A stretch of 18,188 nucleotides of DNA from Bdellovibrionota bacterium (GCA_044345055.1 JBIJBT010000057.1:1-18188); one strand, 5' to 3'; counted from the stretch's first letter, positions 1 through 9,317 are shown. Notes: generated by a model from the sequence alone, not told the origin. A program made the numbers and translations.

Positions 1-53
1 CTTGTTTACATGGGTACATTTTGACAGTTACAAAGACCCGAAATGCTCGGGAA

Positions 54-95
54 TATCAATATTTTAAGACTGATTTTTGGGGGTGTTTTTGGGGG
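54..95 (+). mobile_element. Putative att-arm-like end or relic of an integrative element (IHF site plus paired direct repeats)
   Basis: TATCAATATTTTA (54-66) matches the IHF consensus WATCAANNNNTTR exactly. TTTTTGGGGG occurs at 74-83 and 86-95 (12-bp period). It abuts the point where peptidase similarity ends. No integrase gene is in the window. Confidence 0.4.
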
Positions 96-1830
96 AACTT
101 CGGTTTAGAAGATCTCCATCTTTGTCGGGTTGGTAATCGATGTGGAGCGCAAGGTCAAGAAGACCAAATCCGATCTGACGCATCAGAAAATTGGCACTCC
201 GATAATTCTTCGCTTCATTCATCTTCTCAAAGAGCTCCATCGGCATCTTTTCGCCGGTTTGATAATGCGAGGAGAGAAGATTGATAACTTGAGGCTCCCA
301 GGTCCAGTTTTCCATCACCTGAGATGGAAGCTCGACGAAATCCCACGCTACCTTCGTTCCACCCAATGAGGGAATTGGCACCGTACTTAAGAGATGGTGC
401 ATAAGGTGACCGAACTCGTGAAAAAGGGTATTCACCTCATCGTGGGTGAGGAGCGATGGTCGCGAATCGGTCGGTGGAGTGAAATTCGCACACACCAATC
501 CAAGGTGTGGACTAAGAGCACCGTTTTCGCCCTCCGGTCTACCGTGAATGAATTCGCCCATCCAGGCACCCCCACGTTTTGATTCACGAGGAAATAGGTC
601 GGTGTAAAAAGATCCAATGCACCGCCCATCACCATCGTGTATGTCGTAAGAGCGAACATCGGGGTGCCAGACAGGGTGCGAGCCGGGGGTAATCGACACT
701 CCATACAACTTGTTTAAGCAATCAAAAACTCCTTGCTGCACAACATCAAGGGGAAAATACCCACGAACAATCTCTTCATCAAAATTATAGAGAGCCTGTC
801 GCTGCTTTTCTGCGTAGAAAGCGACATCCCACGGCTTTAACTCAGGAGCATCTTGTCCCTCGAGAGAACGACGAAATACTAGGAGATCTTTATTCTCCTC
901 GGCTGCCTGATTGGCGACGCGATCTTTAAGAGTGTTGAGGAACGATCTCGCAGTTTCACCCTTTTTCGCCATCCGATCATCTAGAACAAGATCGGCAAAA
1001 GAGGAAAACCCTAACAGCTCTGCTCGCTCTCGCCTGAGCTCCAGAATTCGCAGAAGATGAGGAGCGTTATCGGTGGTTCCCGAGGATGCCCGAGTTACGT
1101 AGGCCCGATACATCTCCTCCCTTAGCGATGAATCCTCAAGATAAGTCAAAGCCGCAATGTAACTCGGCCCGTGGAGGGTGAGGCGATATCCGGTGAGCCC
1201 TTTGTCTCGTGCACTCTGAGCGGCACCATCGAGCGCTGTGGGGGGTAAGCCTTTCAGTCTCTGATCATCGGGAAACACCCAATGTTGCTGATTCGTCGCA
1301 TCCAGAGTGTTTTGGGCGAATTGGTTGGTAACCTCGGCTAGCTCAACATCAATCGCCTTTAGCCGCTCCTTTTGATCGGGAGCAAGTTCAGCTCCTTGAC
1401 GCTTAAAATCATCTAGAAGTTTGTTGACGAATCGTTTCTCTACTGGCGAGAGAGAGTCCATCTGGTCGCTCGTCGCAAATGCTTTTAGCAACTTAAAGAG
1501 CGGTTCAGAGAGGGTCACTCGTGAGGAAAATAGACTGAGTGGTTGTTGGATGGCAGCGTAGGCCGCTCGCCATTCGGGGGTTGAGTTCACCGATTCAAGA
1601 TGACTAACGACTGATGCTGTAAGCTCGAGCTCCTCGGAGGCTCGCTCAAGAGGGTCAATGAAGGTTTTAAAGGATGGAGGAGTAGCGAGAGCCTCAAGCT
1701 CTGAGATGCGCTCGTCAGAGCGAGCGATAAGAGTCTTGATGGCCGGATCTATCTGATCAGCCTTGAACTCTGGAAAAGGAATTGAGAATGGGATGTCGAC
1801 GAGGGGATTTTGTTGTGGAGTAGCGGTCAC
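64..1830 (-). CDS. prlC: M3A family zinc oligopeptidase (oligopeptidase A-like), C-terminally truncated and possibly a pseudogene
   Basis: Zinc motif HEFGH, third ligand in WDFVELPSQ, plus FYTDLFPRESKRGGAWM and LTHDEVNTLF. It is 588 aa against roughly 680-700 for the family. It ends in NRSSPKNTPKNQS and lacks the C-terminal H-x-F...GY-x-AGYYSY-x-W segment. Confidence 0.9.
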   Translation of the reverse strand: MTATPQQNPLVDIPFSIPFPEFKADQIDPAIKTLIARSDERISELEALATPPSFKTFIDPLERASEELELTASVVSHLESVNSTPEWRAAYAAIQQPLSLFSSRVTLSEPLFKLLKAFATSDQMDSLSPVEKRFVNKLLDDFKRQGAELAPDQKERLKAIDVELAEVTNQFAQNTLDATNQQHWVFPDDQRLKGLPPTALDGAAQSARDKGLTGYRLTLHGPSYIAALTYLEDSSLREEMYRAYVTRASSGTTDNAPHLLRILELRRERAELLGFSSFADLVLDDRMAKKGETARSFLNTLKDRVANQAAEENKDLLVFRRSLEGQDAPELKPWDVAFYAEKQRQALYNFDEEIVRGYFPLDVVQQGVFDCLNKLYGVSITPGSHPVWHPDVRSYDIHDGDGRCIGSFYTDLFPRESKRGGAWMGEFIHGRPEGENGALSPHLGLVCANFTPPTDSRPSLLTHDEVNTLFHEFGHLMHHLLSTVPIPSLGGTKVAWDFVELPSQVMENWTWEPQVINLLSSHYQTGEKMPMELFEKMNEAKNYRSANFLMRQIGFGLLDLALHIDYQPDKDGDLLNRSSPKNTPKNQS

Positions 1831-1954
1831 CGTAATCTCTCAAAGGAATATCATCGGCTCTTGTCGGAGATATTTCCGATTGAAAAGCCAACCGATTAAA
1901 AACTTCCTTTTGTCATACGAGAGCAATCAAAAAGGTGCAACCTCTTTTTTGCGA

Positions 1955-3373
1955 TCATCTGTTTGACTCGCCTTTCTTCTCACCATTCCCCATCCGGAAC
2001 GGAATAGCACCGAAGAAGCGCAAAAAGGCGAGATCGAAAAGAATACTAGTCGTTGGTCGGTGCTGAACTTCGCGAACTTCTTTGAAAGAAGTTAAGAAGG
2101 CTAACGTAGTGACATTTATAATTCCAGACAACACGAAAAGAAGAAGGATGCTCGAATCTGTTTGCAAACTCGCAGCCCCAAGTCCTTCAACTCGCGGGAC
2201 GACAGAAACGATGAGTCCACCCACAAGAGACCCGAGAACTATAGAGAGATTGTTGATTATCGATGAATACGCAGCGCATCGAGCACGTTTTGCGGGAGTT
2301 ACTGCGTCGAATAAAAAAGTCGATACACTGAGGTGATAGCCCGCGCCGAGAGCTCCCCTAATCCCTGAAATGAAAGCAAGCCACCACAGATTTGCGGAGA
2401 AGAGCCAGAGAAATGGGGTTACAGCGAACCCTACAGATGAAATCATCAGTACGCGACGCGATCCAACATCCTGAAGAATGCTGCCCCACCGCCTCATCAC
2501 CAAAAGCTGACAAACAAAACCTGCAGCGATCGCAACGGAATAATCTGTGTAATTAAGAGAGAGATCGCGAAGAAGATAGACTGTGACAAATGGGGCCGAA
2601 ATGTTGATTGAAAAATTGGTTACGGCAACAAAAATCACGAATTTCAAAAAATTTGATTCGTACGATCTCTCGAGAAACTGCAAGAATGAAAAGTAATCCG
2701 CCTTAGAACTGACATATTCGGGACTTGGATGCCATTTGAGCATTATGCTTGAAATAAATCGGCTGATTGCCGCTATCAGAAAGGTGAGCGCAAATCCGTA
2801 CAAAACCAAGCCTCTATGCGATGCATATTTGAGCAGGAATCCAACGACTATAAAACCGACAAACATGCAGGAGCCGGTGTAGAGATTGCGGTGGCTGAAA
2901 GCTTCCACCCGATTGCGAGGCTCGATCAGATCTCCTACAAGACTGTTCCAAATCGGTCCTGACAGCATGCCCGAGACAAAATAAATGGTTGTGGCAAGAA
3001 GCAACGCCCATCCACTCTCTTCACCCGTCAGATGCACAAAACCTATTGCGATAACCGGCAACCAGGTGAAGGACTGAATAAAAATGAGTGAAAAAAGAAG
3101 ATTCGAACGACTTTTGAATCGGGTCATTAAACTCAGCGCGAGGGGTTGTAGAAGCGCACCAAATAGGAGAGGAAGAGTTGAAAGAAGCGCAATTAACGGC
3201 TTTGGAGCCCCAAGGTGAACGGCATACGGGCCGATAAAAGATTCTCCAAATGCTCCCTGTAATCCGAACGGTATAGCCTCAAGCTCGATCAGCCTTTGGG
3301 CTCGCTTCCGGTCAAAGCTACCGTGCTGATGTAGCTCGGGTGATTCTGGTAGGGAGTCTTCATCGTCTCGCAT
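1955..3373 (-). CDS. Major facilitator superfamily transporter, substrate unknown
   Basis: About 12 hydrophobic segments in two halves, with MFS-like loop WGSILQDVGSRRVL and WNSLVGDLI. ATG at 3373 is preferred; the ORF is open to GTG 3463. Confidence 0.85.
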   Translation of the reverse strand: MRDDEDSLPESPELHQHGSFDRKRAQRLIELEAIPFGLQGAFGESFIGPYAVHLGAPKPLIALLSTLPLLFGALLQPLALSLMTRFKSRSNLLFSLIFIQSFTWLPVIAIGFVHLTGEESGWALLLATTIYFVSGMLSGPIWNSLVGDLIEPRNRVEAFSHRNLYTGSCMFVGFIVVGFLLKYASHRGLVLYGFALTFLIAAISRFISSIMLKWHPSPEYVSSKADYFSFLQFLERSYESNFLKFVIFVAVTNFSINISAPFVTVYLLRDLSLNYTDYSVAIAAGFVCQLLVMRRWGSILQDVGSRRVLMISSVGFAVTPFLWLFSANLWWLAFISGIRGALGAGYHLSVSTFLFDAVTPAKRARCAAYSSIINNLSIVLGSLVGGLIVSVVPRVEGLGAASLQTDSSILLLFVLSGIINVTTLAFLTSFKEVREVQHRPTTSILFDLAFLRFFGAIPFRMGNGEKKGESNR

Positions 3374-3472
3374 CGGAACATCTCGCGGCGGTGGAGGGTT
3401 ATCGGATAAACGCCAGCATACTAATATATTACGCAAGACGAGGGGAGTATTTTTTGGGTGCAATTATGCAGG

Positions 3473-4612
3473 TCAACGGTGCGGAAATTGCTCAAGACTT
3501 TTAAGTAACGCAATATCATCGGTCTCAACAGGCAATATACACGACGCATCTTGGCGATACCATGTTCTAAGCATATCTCCGCCAACAACCACCTCTTGGC
3601 TCGGGGAGTGGGTTGGTTCCGGAGGTGCTTTTAGTCCACCACCCAGTTCTTTTGTAGCGAGCTTATGGGGCGAGGTGAAGGTGCGTACCTCGTCCCATAA
3701 GCCGGTATCTAGGCAATCGTTCAGAACTTTTGCTCCACCCTCAATAATGATGCTTAGCACTGAGCGACGATGCAGCTCTTCAAGTGTGGCGCGAAGAGGA
3801 TTTTTTTCCTCTTTTATCTCTACGAAAAGTTCTCTTGGCAAGGAATCTCTTGTTGCACCCACAACAAGGGTTGACGCTGAACCATCGAATATCTGATGCG
3901 ACAATGGAACCCGTCCGTTCTTGTCAAGAACCACACGCAGTGGGTTTTTGCCAGGAACAAGCCGCGTGGTTAGAGCTGGATTGTCGATTATCGCAGTGTT
4001 AGTGCCAACTAGAATGGCATCCTCTTGACTTCTCCACTCGTGCACCATTTTCCTTGATTCTTCCGTGCTAATCCAATAACCACCCTCTCCGGGCGGCGCC
4101 ATGAATCCATCCAAGCTTTGGGCCCACTTGAGGATAATGTAGGGCCGTTTCCGCTCATGGAACGTCATGAAACGGCGATTAATCCAACGCCCTAGCTGCT
4201 CCTTTATGCCAACCTCTACCGGAATGCCAGCGGCCCGAAGAAGCTCAATGCTTTTTCCAGCAACCACAGGATTCGGGTCGAGGCAGCACACAACAACTCT
4301 TCCAACTCCAGATTTGATTATAAGCTCACTACACGGAGGCGTTCTTCCAAAATGATTGCACGGTTCCAGGGTAACGTAGAGGGTCGAACCGCGAATTAGT
4401 TCACTAGAGCTTATCTCGGAGAACGCATTTCTCTCCGCATGAGGCGTGCCTGCTTTTCGATGCCAACCCTCACCCAAAAGGGTTATGTTATCTTTAACAA
4501 AGAGAGCCCCCACCATTGGATTAGGTGAGGTTTCGCGAGAGCGCGTCGCCAAGTTAAGGGCCCGAACCATCCACGAAGAATCGATCTGGTGTTGCGGCTT
4601 AGAGAGAACCAT
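3473..4612 (-). CDS. ribD: Bifunctional riboflavin biosynthesis deaminase/reductase RibD
   Basis: Deaminase motifs SPNPMVGA, HAE and TLEPCNHFGRTPPC; reductase motifs KWAQSLDG, DAILVGTNT...DNPALT and IEGG. Confidence 0.96.
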   Translation of the reverse strand: MVLSKPQHQIDSSWMVRALNLATRSRETSPNPMVGALFVKDNITLLGEGWHRKAGTPHAERNAFSEISSSELIRGSTLYVTLEPCNHFGRTPPCSELIIKSGVGRVVVCCLDPNPVVAGKSIELLRAAGIPVEVGIKEQLGRWINRRFMTFHERKRPYIILKWAQSLDGFMAPPGEGGYWISTEESRKMVHEWRSQEDAILVGTNTAIIDNPALTTRLVPGKNPLRVVLDKNGRVPLSHQIFDGSASTLVVGATRDSLPRELFVEIKEEKNPLRATLEELHRRSVLSIIIEGGAKVLNDCLDTGLWDEVRTFTSPHKLATKELGGGLKAPPEPTHSPSQEVVVGGDMLRTWYRQDASCILPVETDDIALLKSLEQFPHR

Positions 4613-4879
4613 GAGCTTTTTGAGGAGGACAACTCGTAAAGGAGGTGGTGCTAGATGCGGCTACTTCGTTATACTAAAGGAACTTGTTTCGAAAGGGGAG
4701 TCTGCCTTGAGAGATGCATCAAGATTTGCTTGAAATATAGAAGCGGAGCATCCTCAACAAATCTTCTGCGGCGAATGTTAATCCCCGTGAGAATTAGATG
4801 AGTTGCCTTTATTCTTGACTTTCTTGGTGCGGCGCATCTCTTCAAAAATTCCTGTCATATAATTAAGAGATAAAGTGGG

Positions 4880-5518
4880 ATGCTGGTAATTAAACGTTTT
4901 ATCGCTTACGGGACGCAAAGAATTATATCTGCGATGTTGCCGTTTTTGCTCGCCTTATCACCTGTGCATGCAGACGATGCACCAGGCTCCGTTCCGACCT
5001 TTTCACCAATTCCACCACAAATTATGCTCGAAGGCCGCGGGCCGGAGTTTAGTGAACAGAATTATCAGCTAGTTAGTCCATTGCTGAGAAAATGCGCGAA
5101 TGATTGGCCATCCACTCGCTATGTTGAGTTTAAACCGGAGGTGAAGGGTAAGGTCGTCATTCCAAGTGGCCCTGTAACGACACTCGCCTTACTCGAATTG
5201 TTGTCGCAACAAACAGGGCGGCGTTTCGCGATTCAGCGTGGCATAGAGCAGAGGAGCGCAGTTGTTTTTTCCGATAGAGATGACTGGACTGCGGTAGTAA
5301 CGCGTTTTGTTCGCGAGACCGGGCTCAGTTTCGAGGCTATTCAAGATATAGCCGTCATATCCGATCCTGCTTCTGTACGCTCATCTGAGAGCCCGACCTA
5401 TCCAGTTTTTGCTGTCGCCGGTGGCCTCATATTCCTTGTAGCGATTTCTTGGCTCCGCTTTAGCACCTCCCGACAAAAGCGCAAAAGCGATTTCAGAGGA
5501 GGATGGCACGACCGCTAA
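4880..5518 (+). CDS. Hypothetical exported, membrane-anchored protein with possible secretin-N0/STN-like domain
   Basis: 212-aa ORF filling the gap between ribD and the Gfo gene. Signal-like PFLLALSPVHA|DD, C-terminal TM helix VFAVAGGLIFLVAISWL followed by basic RQKRK. The domain call is by pattern only. Confidence 0.7.
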   Translation: MLVIKRFIAYGTQRIISAMLPFLLALSPVHADDAPGSVPTFSPIPPQIMLEGRGPEFSEQNYQLVSPLLRKCANDWPSTRYVEFKPEVKGKVVIPSGPVTTLALLELLSQQTGRRFAIQRGIEQRSAVVFSDRDDWTAVVTRFVRETGLSFEAIQDIAVISDPASVRSSESPTYPVFAVAGGLIFLVAISWLRFSTSRQKRKSDFRGGWHDR

Positions 5519-5526
5519 TTAGCGGT
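5511..5526. terminator. Perfect 16-bp palindrome between convergent genes; possible bidirectional terminator hairpin
   Basis: ACCGCTAATTAGCGGT overlaps the TAA stop at 5516-5518. There is no strong U-tract. Confidence 0.35.
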
Positions 5527-5567
5527 TGTGAAAAATGCTCCAGACGGAACCATCTTTCATAACCCTA

Positions 5568-6599
5568 TTAAAGTTGTCCCTCACTAGAGTTTTTTTCGGT
5601 CCATGTCAAAGCATCCCAGAGCAATTCAAGGTCTTCACAAGCCCGCTCCATCGTGCTTCGCGGGGTTCCTCCCTCTCGAATAGCCCGATAAAGGTCCTCA
5701 TATTCCTCTTGATATCCCAAATCACCGGGAAGCGAAATATCTCGCTCAGTATCGAGCGCTCGTATTAGATATCTATTGGATGAGAAGATAATTTTTCCCT
5801 CGGAACCGATTATAGTACACCGATTATCGCTGACCGATTGTTCAAAGGGGGTCCGGAGAAATGTTATTGCGATTCGCAGGTTGCTGTCGTTGGCTAGGGT
5901 GACGTTCATGAAATCTCCCTGACCGAGACCCGGAAAGAGAGTTTCGGTATGCGCACCAACAACCCGAATCGGCCCAAACAGGTAGCGAAGAGCTGAAATG
6001 AGGTGAATGCCACTCTCTAGAAGATAACCGTAAGGATACGATGGTTGGGTTCTCCAGTCAGGCAAAGTTGCTTGCGAAACGTGTTGGACAGAGTTCCAAA
6101 CCACAAGCGAAGGAGAGCCGATAAAGTTATTTTCGAGCCGCGTCTTGACAGCATCGAGGACAGGCCAGTAGAGGACATTCTCAGCGACCATCGAAACCGT
6201 TGTCGAGCGTTGAGCTAAATCAGCTAGCGCCCGAGCATCGCGCGGCGATGTCGCAATAGGCTTTTCTATCAGAAGGTGTTTTTTTGCTTTCAGAACCTTC
6301 TCGACGACCATCACATTAAGAGGGATGGGGACCGCCGCAACGACCACCTCGATAGATGGGTCTTGTATTAATTGGTCCATGTCACGATAGGCGCGAGCAA
6401 TCCCGTGCTCTGAAGCGAATTGACGAGCCCCTTCATGACTGCTGGAGCAACAGCCAGCAATCTCAAATTTTGTTCCCAATTTTCGGAGCGTCGGCACATG
6501 AATTCGTTCAGCAGCTACCCCAGTGCCGATGAGACCCACCCGAAGCGGGCCCTGCCGAGATCGCGAAAATGCCTGCCGAATTGAGCTTAGGAATCCCAT
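5568..6599 (-). CDS. Gfo/Idh/MocA family NAD(P)-dependent oxidoreductase
   Basis: Rossmann RVGLIGTG, HLLIEKPIA (EKP motif) and LLESGIH. Its start overlaps the serC end by 13 nt. Confidence 0.92.
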   Translation of the reverse strand: MGFLSSIRQAFSRSRQGPLRVGLIGTGVAAERIHVPTLRKLGTKFEIAGCCSSSHEGARQFASEHGIARAYRDMDQLIQDPSIEVVVAAVPIPLNVMVVEKVLKAKKHLLIEKPIATSPRDARALADLAQRSTTVSMVAENVLYWPVLDAVKTRLENNFIGSPSLVVWNSVQHVSQATLPDWRTQPSYPYGYLLESGIHLISALRYLFGPIRVVGAHTETLFPGLGQGDFMNVTLANDSNLRIAITFLRTPFEQSVSDNRCTIIGSEGKIIFSSNRYLIRALDTERDISLPGDLGYQEEYEDLYRAIREGGTPRSTMERACEDLELLWDALTWTEKNSSEGQL

Positions 6600-7663
6600 C
6601 TTTTTGCAAAGTCCGTCATGAATGTTACTAGATTAACTACCGCCTCCTGCGAGAGAGCGTTGTAAAGCGATGCTCTGATACCACCAAGAAGTTTGTGTCC
6701 TTTCAGCCCAACTAGACCCGCCAATTCGGCTTTATTCAGAAATTGTTTTTCACACTCGGGGGTAGGCAACGTGAAGGTTGCGTTCATCAAACTGCGATAA
6801 GCGGAGGCTGCATAAGGCTGATAGATAGGGTTCTCATCAATACAGCGATAGACGATATCAGCGCGCGACCGAGAACGCCGCTCCATTTCAGTAACTCCAC
6901 CCTGTTCCTCAATCCAGGCAAGGTATCGCTCAGCGACATAAATCGGGAAGGTTGCTGGCGTATTGTAAAGAGATTGATGTTTTTCATAGGTACGGTACGC
7001 AAGAAGCACCGGAAGGTTCGATGGAGCCCGTTCGATGAGATCTCGCCGGACTATCGCGATTGTAAGACCCGCACAGCCAAAGTTTTTCTGAGCGCAGCTA
7101 TAAACTGCGGCGTGTGTTGTGATATCGAGGGGACGGGAAAAAAGATCAGATGATGCATCGCACACTAGCGGCACTGCCGCTTGCGGTTGCGGCCACCACT
7201 GGGTGCCGTAAATGGTGTTGTTACTGGTGTAATGGAGGTATGGCGCTCCCTCGCGCACCGGAAGAATCTGCGGAAGTGAACGAAATTTATCAGCGCTGCT
7301 CGATCCGTTTTCATTTGCACCGACGAGACGTTGAGCCTCTTCAAACGCCTTAACCGCCCAAACACCCGAGAGTAAATATTCGGGCAATTCCTGATATCCC
7401 TGCCCAAGATTGAGTGGAACCATTGAAAACTGCATCGTTGCCCCGCCGTGGCAAAACATCACAGCGTACTCAGAGGGAATTAATAGGAGTCGTCTTATTC
7501 GTTCTTCAGCTAAAGTGATGACCTGCTCAAAATGCTTGCTGCGATGACTAATTTCGAGAATACCAATACCAGTACCGTGAAAGTCGCTAATTGCCTTTTT
7601 AACCTCTAGCTTCACCGAATCGGGAAGAACGGCCGGTCCAGGACCAAAATTATGTACCGTCAT
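6587..7663 (-). CDS. serC: Phosphoserine aminotransferase
   Basis: HNFGPGPAVLP, EISHRS, GGATMQF, SNNTIYG, DASS, PLP lysine in AQKNFG, SLYNTP and GGIRASLYNA. RBS GAGGAG lies upstream. Confidence 0.96.
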   Translation of the reverse strand: MTVHNFGPGPAVLPDSVKLEVKKAISDFHGTGIGILEISHRSKHFEQVITLAEERIRRLLLIPSEYAVMFCHGGATMQFSMVPLNLGQGYQELPEYLLSGVWAVKAFEEAQRLVGANENGSSSADKFRSLPQILPVREGAPYLHYTSNNTIYGTQWWPQPQAAVPLVCDASSDLFSRPLDITTHAAVYSCAQKNFGCAGLTIAIVRRDLIERAPSNLPVLLAYRTYEKHQSLYNTPATFPIYVAERYLAWIEEQGGVTEMERRSRSRADIVYRCIDENPIYQPYAASAYRSLMNATFTLPTPECEKQFLNKAELAGLVGLKGHKLLGGIRASLYNALSQEAVVNLVTFMTDFAKRWDS

Positions 7664-7739
7664 GACTTACATCTCCTCGTGTTCGTAATTTCTCGTGTTC
7701 TTGTTATCCGAATGAATAAAAAAATTTTTAGAACAAACC

Positions 7740-9317
7740 TTATGGCATCAGTACCGTGTCTGCGCCGCCCTCTTGGGTAGATTCAGGATGATCGATTGTA
7801 AAGTGCAACCCGCGACTCTCTTTCCGTGCCATCGCACATCGAATGACGAGGTTTGCTACTAGGCTTAGATTCCGGAGTTCAAGAAGATTTTTCGTAACGG
7901 TGAAGTTCCAGTAGTATTCCCGAATCTCCTGTTCAATAACTTCACTTCGGCGAAGAGCCCGTTCGAGTCTCTTATCACTCCTCACAATACCGACATAATT
8001 CCACATGAATCGGCGTATTTCATCCCAGTTCTGCGAAATAATAACCGCCTCTTCGCTTCTTACTGAACCACTGTCATCCCATTCAGGAATCTGTGGTGCT
8101 GGCTCAAGAGGAGCAAGCCGTTCGAGTGCGTGATGAGCCGCTCGATGCCCAAACACTACTCCCTCGAGAAGAGAATTAGAGGCAAGACGATTTGCCCCGT
8201 GTAATCCCGTCGACGCACACTCCCCAACAGCGTATAGACCTTCAATTGAGGTTGCCCCCCACGAATCGGTTGATATACCACCGCAACAAAAATGAGCCGC
8301 TGGAACAACCGGAATCGGACCAGTGCCGCAGTTTATCCCAAACGATAGGCACCGTTCATAAATAGTTGGAAAGTGTTCTCGTACAAAATCTTCTCCCTTG
8401 TGACTGATATCGAGAAGAACGTATTCATCCCCTGTTTTTTTCATCTCAAAGTCGATTGCTCTCGCAACAACATCGCGCGGCGCCAACTCCTCCCGAGAAT
8501 CGTATTCCCTCATGAATGAGGTGCCATCAACTCGCTTTAGTGCGGCTCCCTCTCCCCGCATCGCTTCAGTGATAAGAAACGATTTCGCTTTTGGTTCAAA
8601 TAAGCAGGTCGGATGGAACTGGAAAAATTCCATATTCGCAACAGCACACCCAGCGCGATACGCCATCGCAATGCCATCGCCACTCGCAATATCGGGATTG
8701 GATGTATAGAGATAAACCTTGCCCGCTCCCCCGGTTGCAAGCACTACTTTGTCTGCCCTAAAGAGCTCCACTTTCCCATCGGGCATTAAAACATACGCCC
8801 CGAGCACCCGATTAGGACGGTGAAAGTCGATACCGACCTTCCGCGAGGTTACGAGGTCAATCGCCATCGTGTGCTCGAAAAATCTAATATTCGATCGACC
8901 ACGAGCAGCAAAAGAGAGTTTGTTCTGAATCTCGCGTCCTGTAGCATCTGCTACATGATAGATGCGTCGTCGTGAGTGTCCTCCCTCGCGGTGAAGATGG
9001 AACGAGTCGTTTTCTCTATCAAACGCAACCCCATAACCTATTAGATCCCGAATCCGCTCGGGGCCCTCACGCACAACTAGCTCTACGATCGATTGATTGC
9101 ACAGTCCTGCACCCGCGATGAGGGTATCCTGCACATGAAGCTCAGAAGAATCATCTTCACTCGCAACAGCGGCTATTCCTCCCTGCGCCCACGCAGTTGA
9201 ACCTTCTTGTGCTGAAGTTTTGCATAGAACGTTTACAGAGCCGTGTGCTGCAGCCTGCAAAGCAAAGGTAAGCCCCGCAATACCACCACCAATAATAAGA
9301 AAATCGGAGACGATCAT
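7740..9317 (-). CDS. nadB: L-aspartate oxidase
   Basis: FAD motif IGGGIAG, WAQGGIAAV, REGGHS, QFHPT, ITEAMRGEG, ELAPRDVVARAI, TGLHGANRLASNSLLE and ESRGLH. Confidence 0.96.
   Translation of the reverse strand: MIVSDFLIIGGGIAGLTFALQAAAHGSVNVLCKTSAQEGSTAWAQGGIAAVASEDDSSELHVQDTLIAGAGLCNQSIVELVVREGPERIRDLIGYGVAFDRENDSFHLHREGGHSRRRIYHVADATGREIQNKLSFAARGRSNIRFFEHTMAIDLVTSRKVGIDFHRPNRVLGAYVLMPDGKVELFRADKVVLATGGAGKVYLYTSNPDIASGDGIAMAYRAGCAVANMEFFQFHPTCLFEPKAKSFLITEAMRGEGAALKRVDGTSFMREYDSREELAPRDVVARAIDFEMKKTGDEYVLLDISHKGEDFVREHFPTIYERCLSFGINCGTGPIPVVPAAHFCCGGISTDSWGATSIEGLYAVGECASTGLHGANRLASNSLLEGVVFGHRAAHHALERLAPLEPAPQIPEWDDSGSVRSEEAVIISQNWDEIRRFMWNYVGIVRSDKRLERALRRSEVIEQEIREYYWNFTVTKNLLELRNLSLVANLVIRCAMARKESRGLHFTIDHPESTQEGGADTVLMP

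Noticed and set aside
21..49. Sigma70 promoter from TTGACA at 21-26, and the 21..284 ORF
   Set aside because: There is no -10 hexamer at 16-18 bp spacing, and the ORF is mostly antisense to prlC with no recognisable features.
4613..4879. FMN riboswitch upstream of ribD
   Set aside because: None of the conserved RFN blocks are present on the minus strand.
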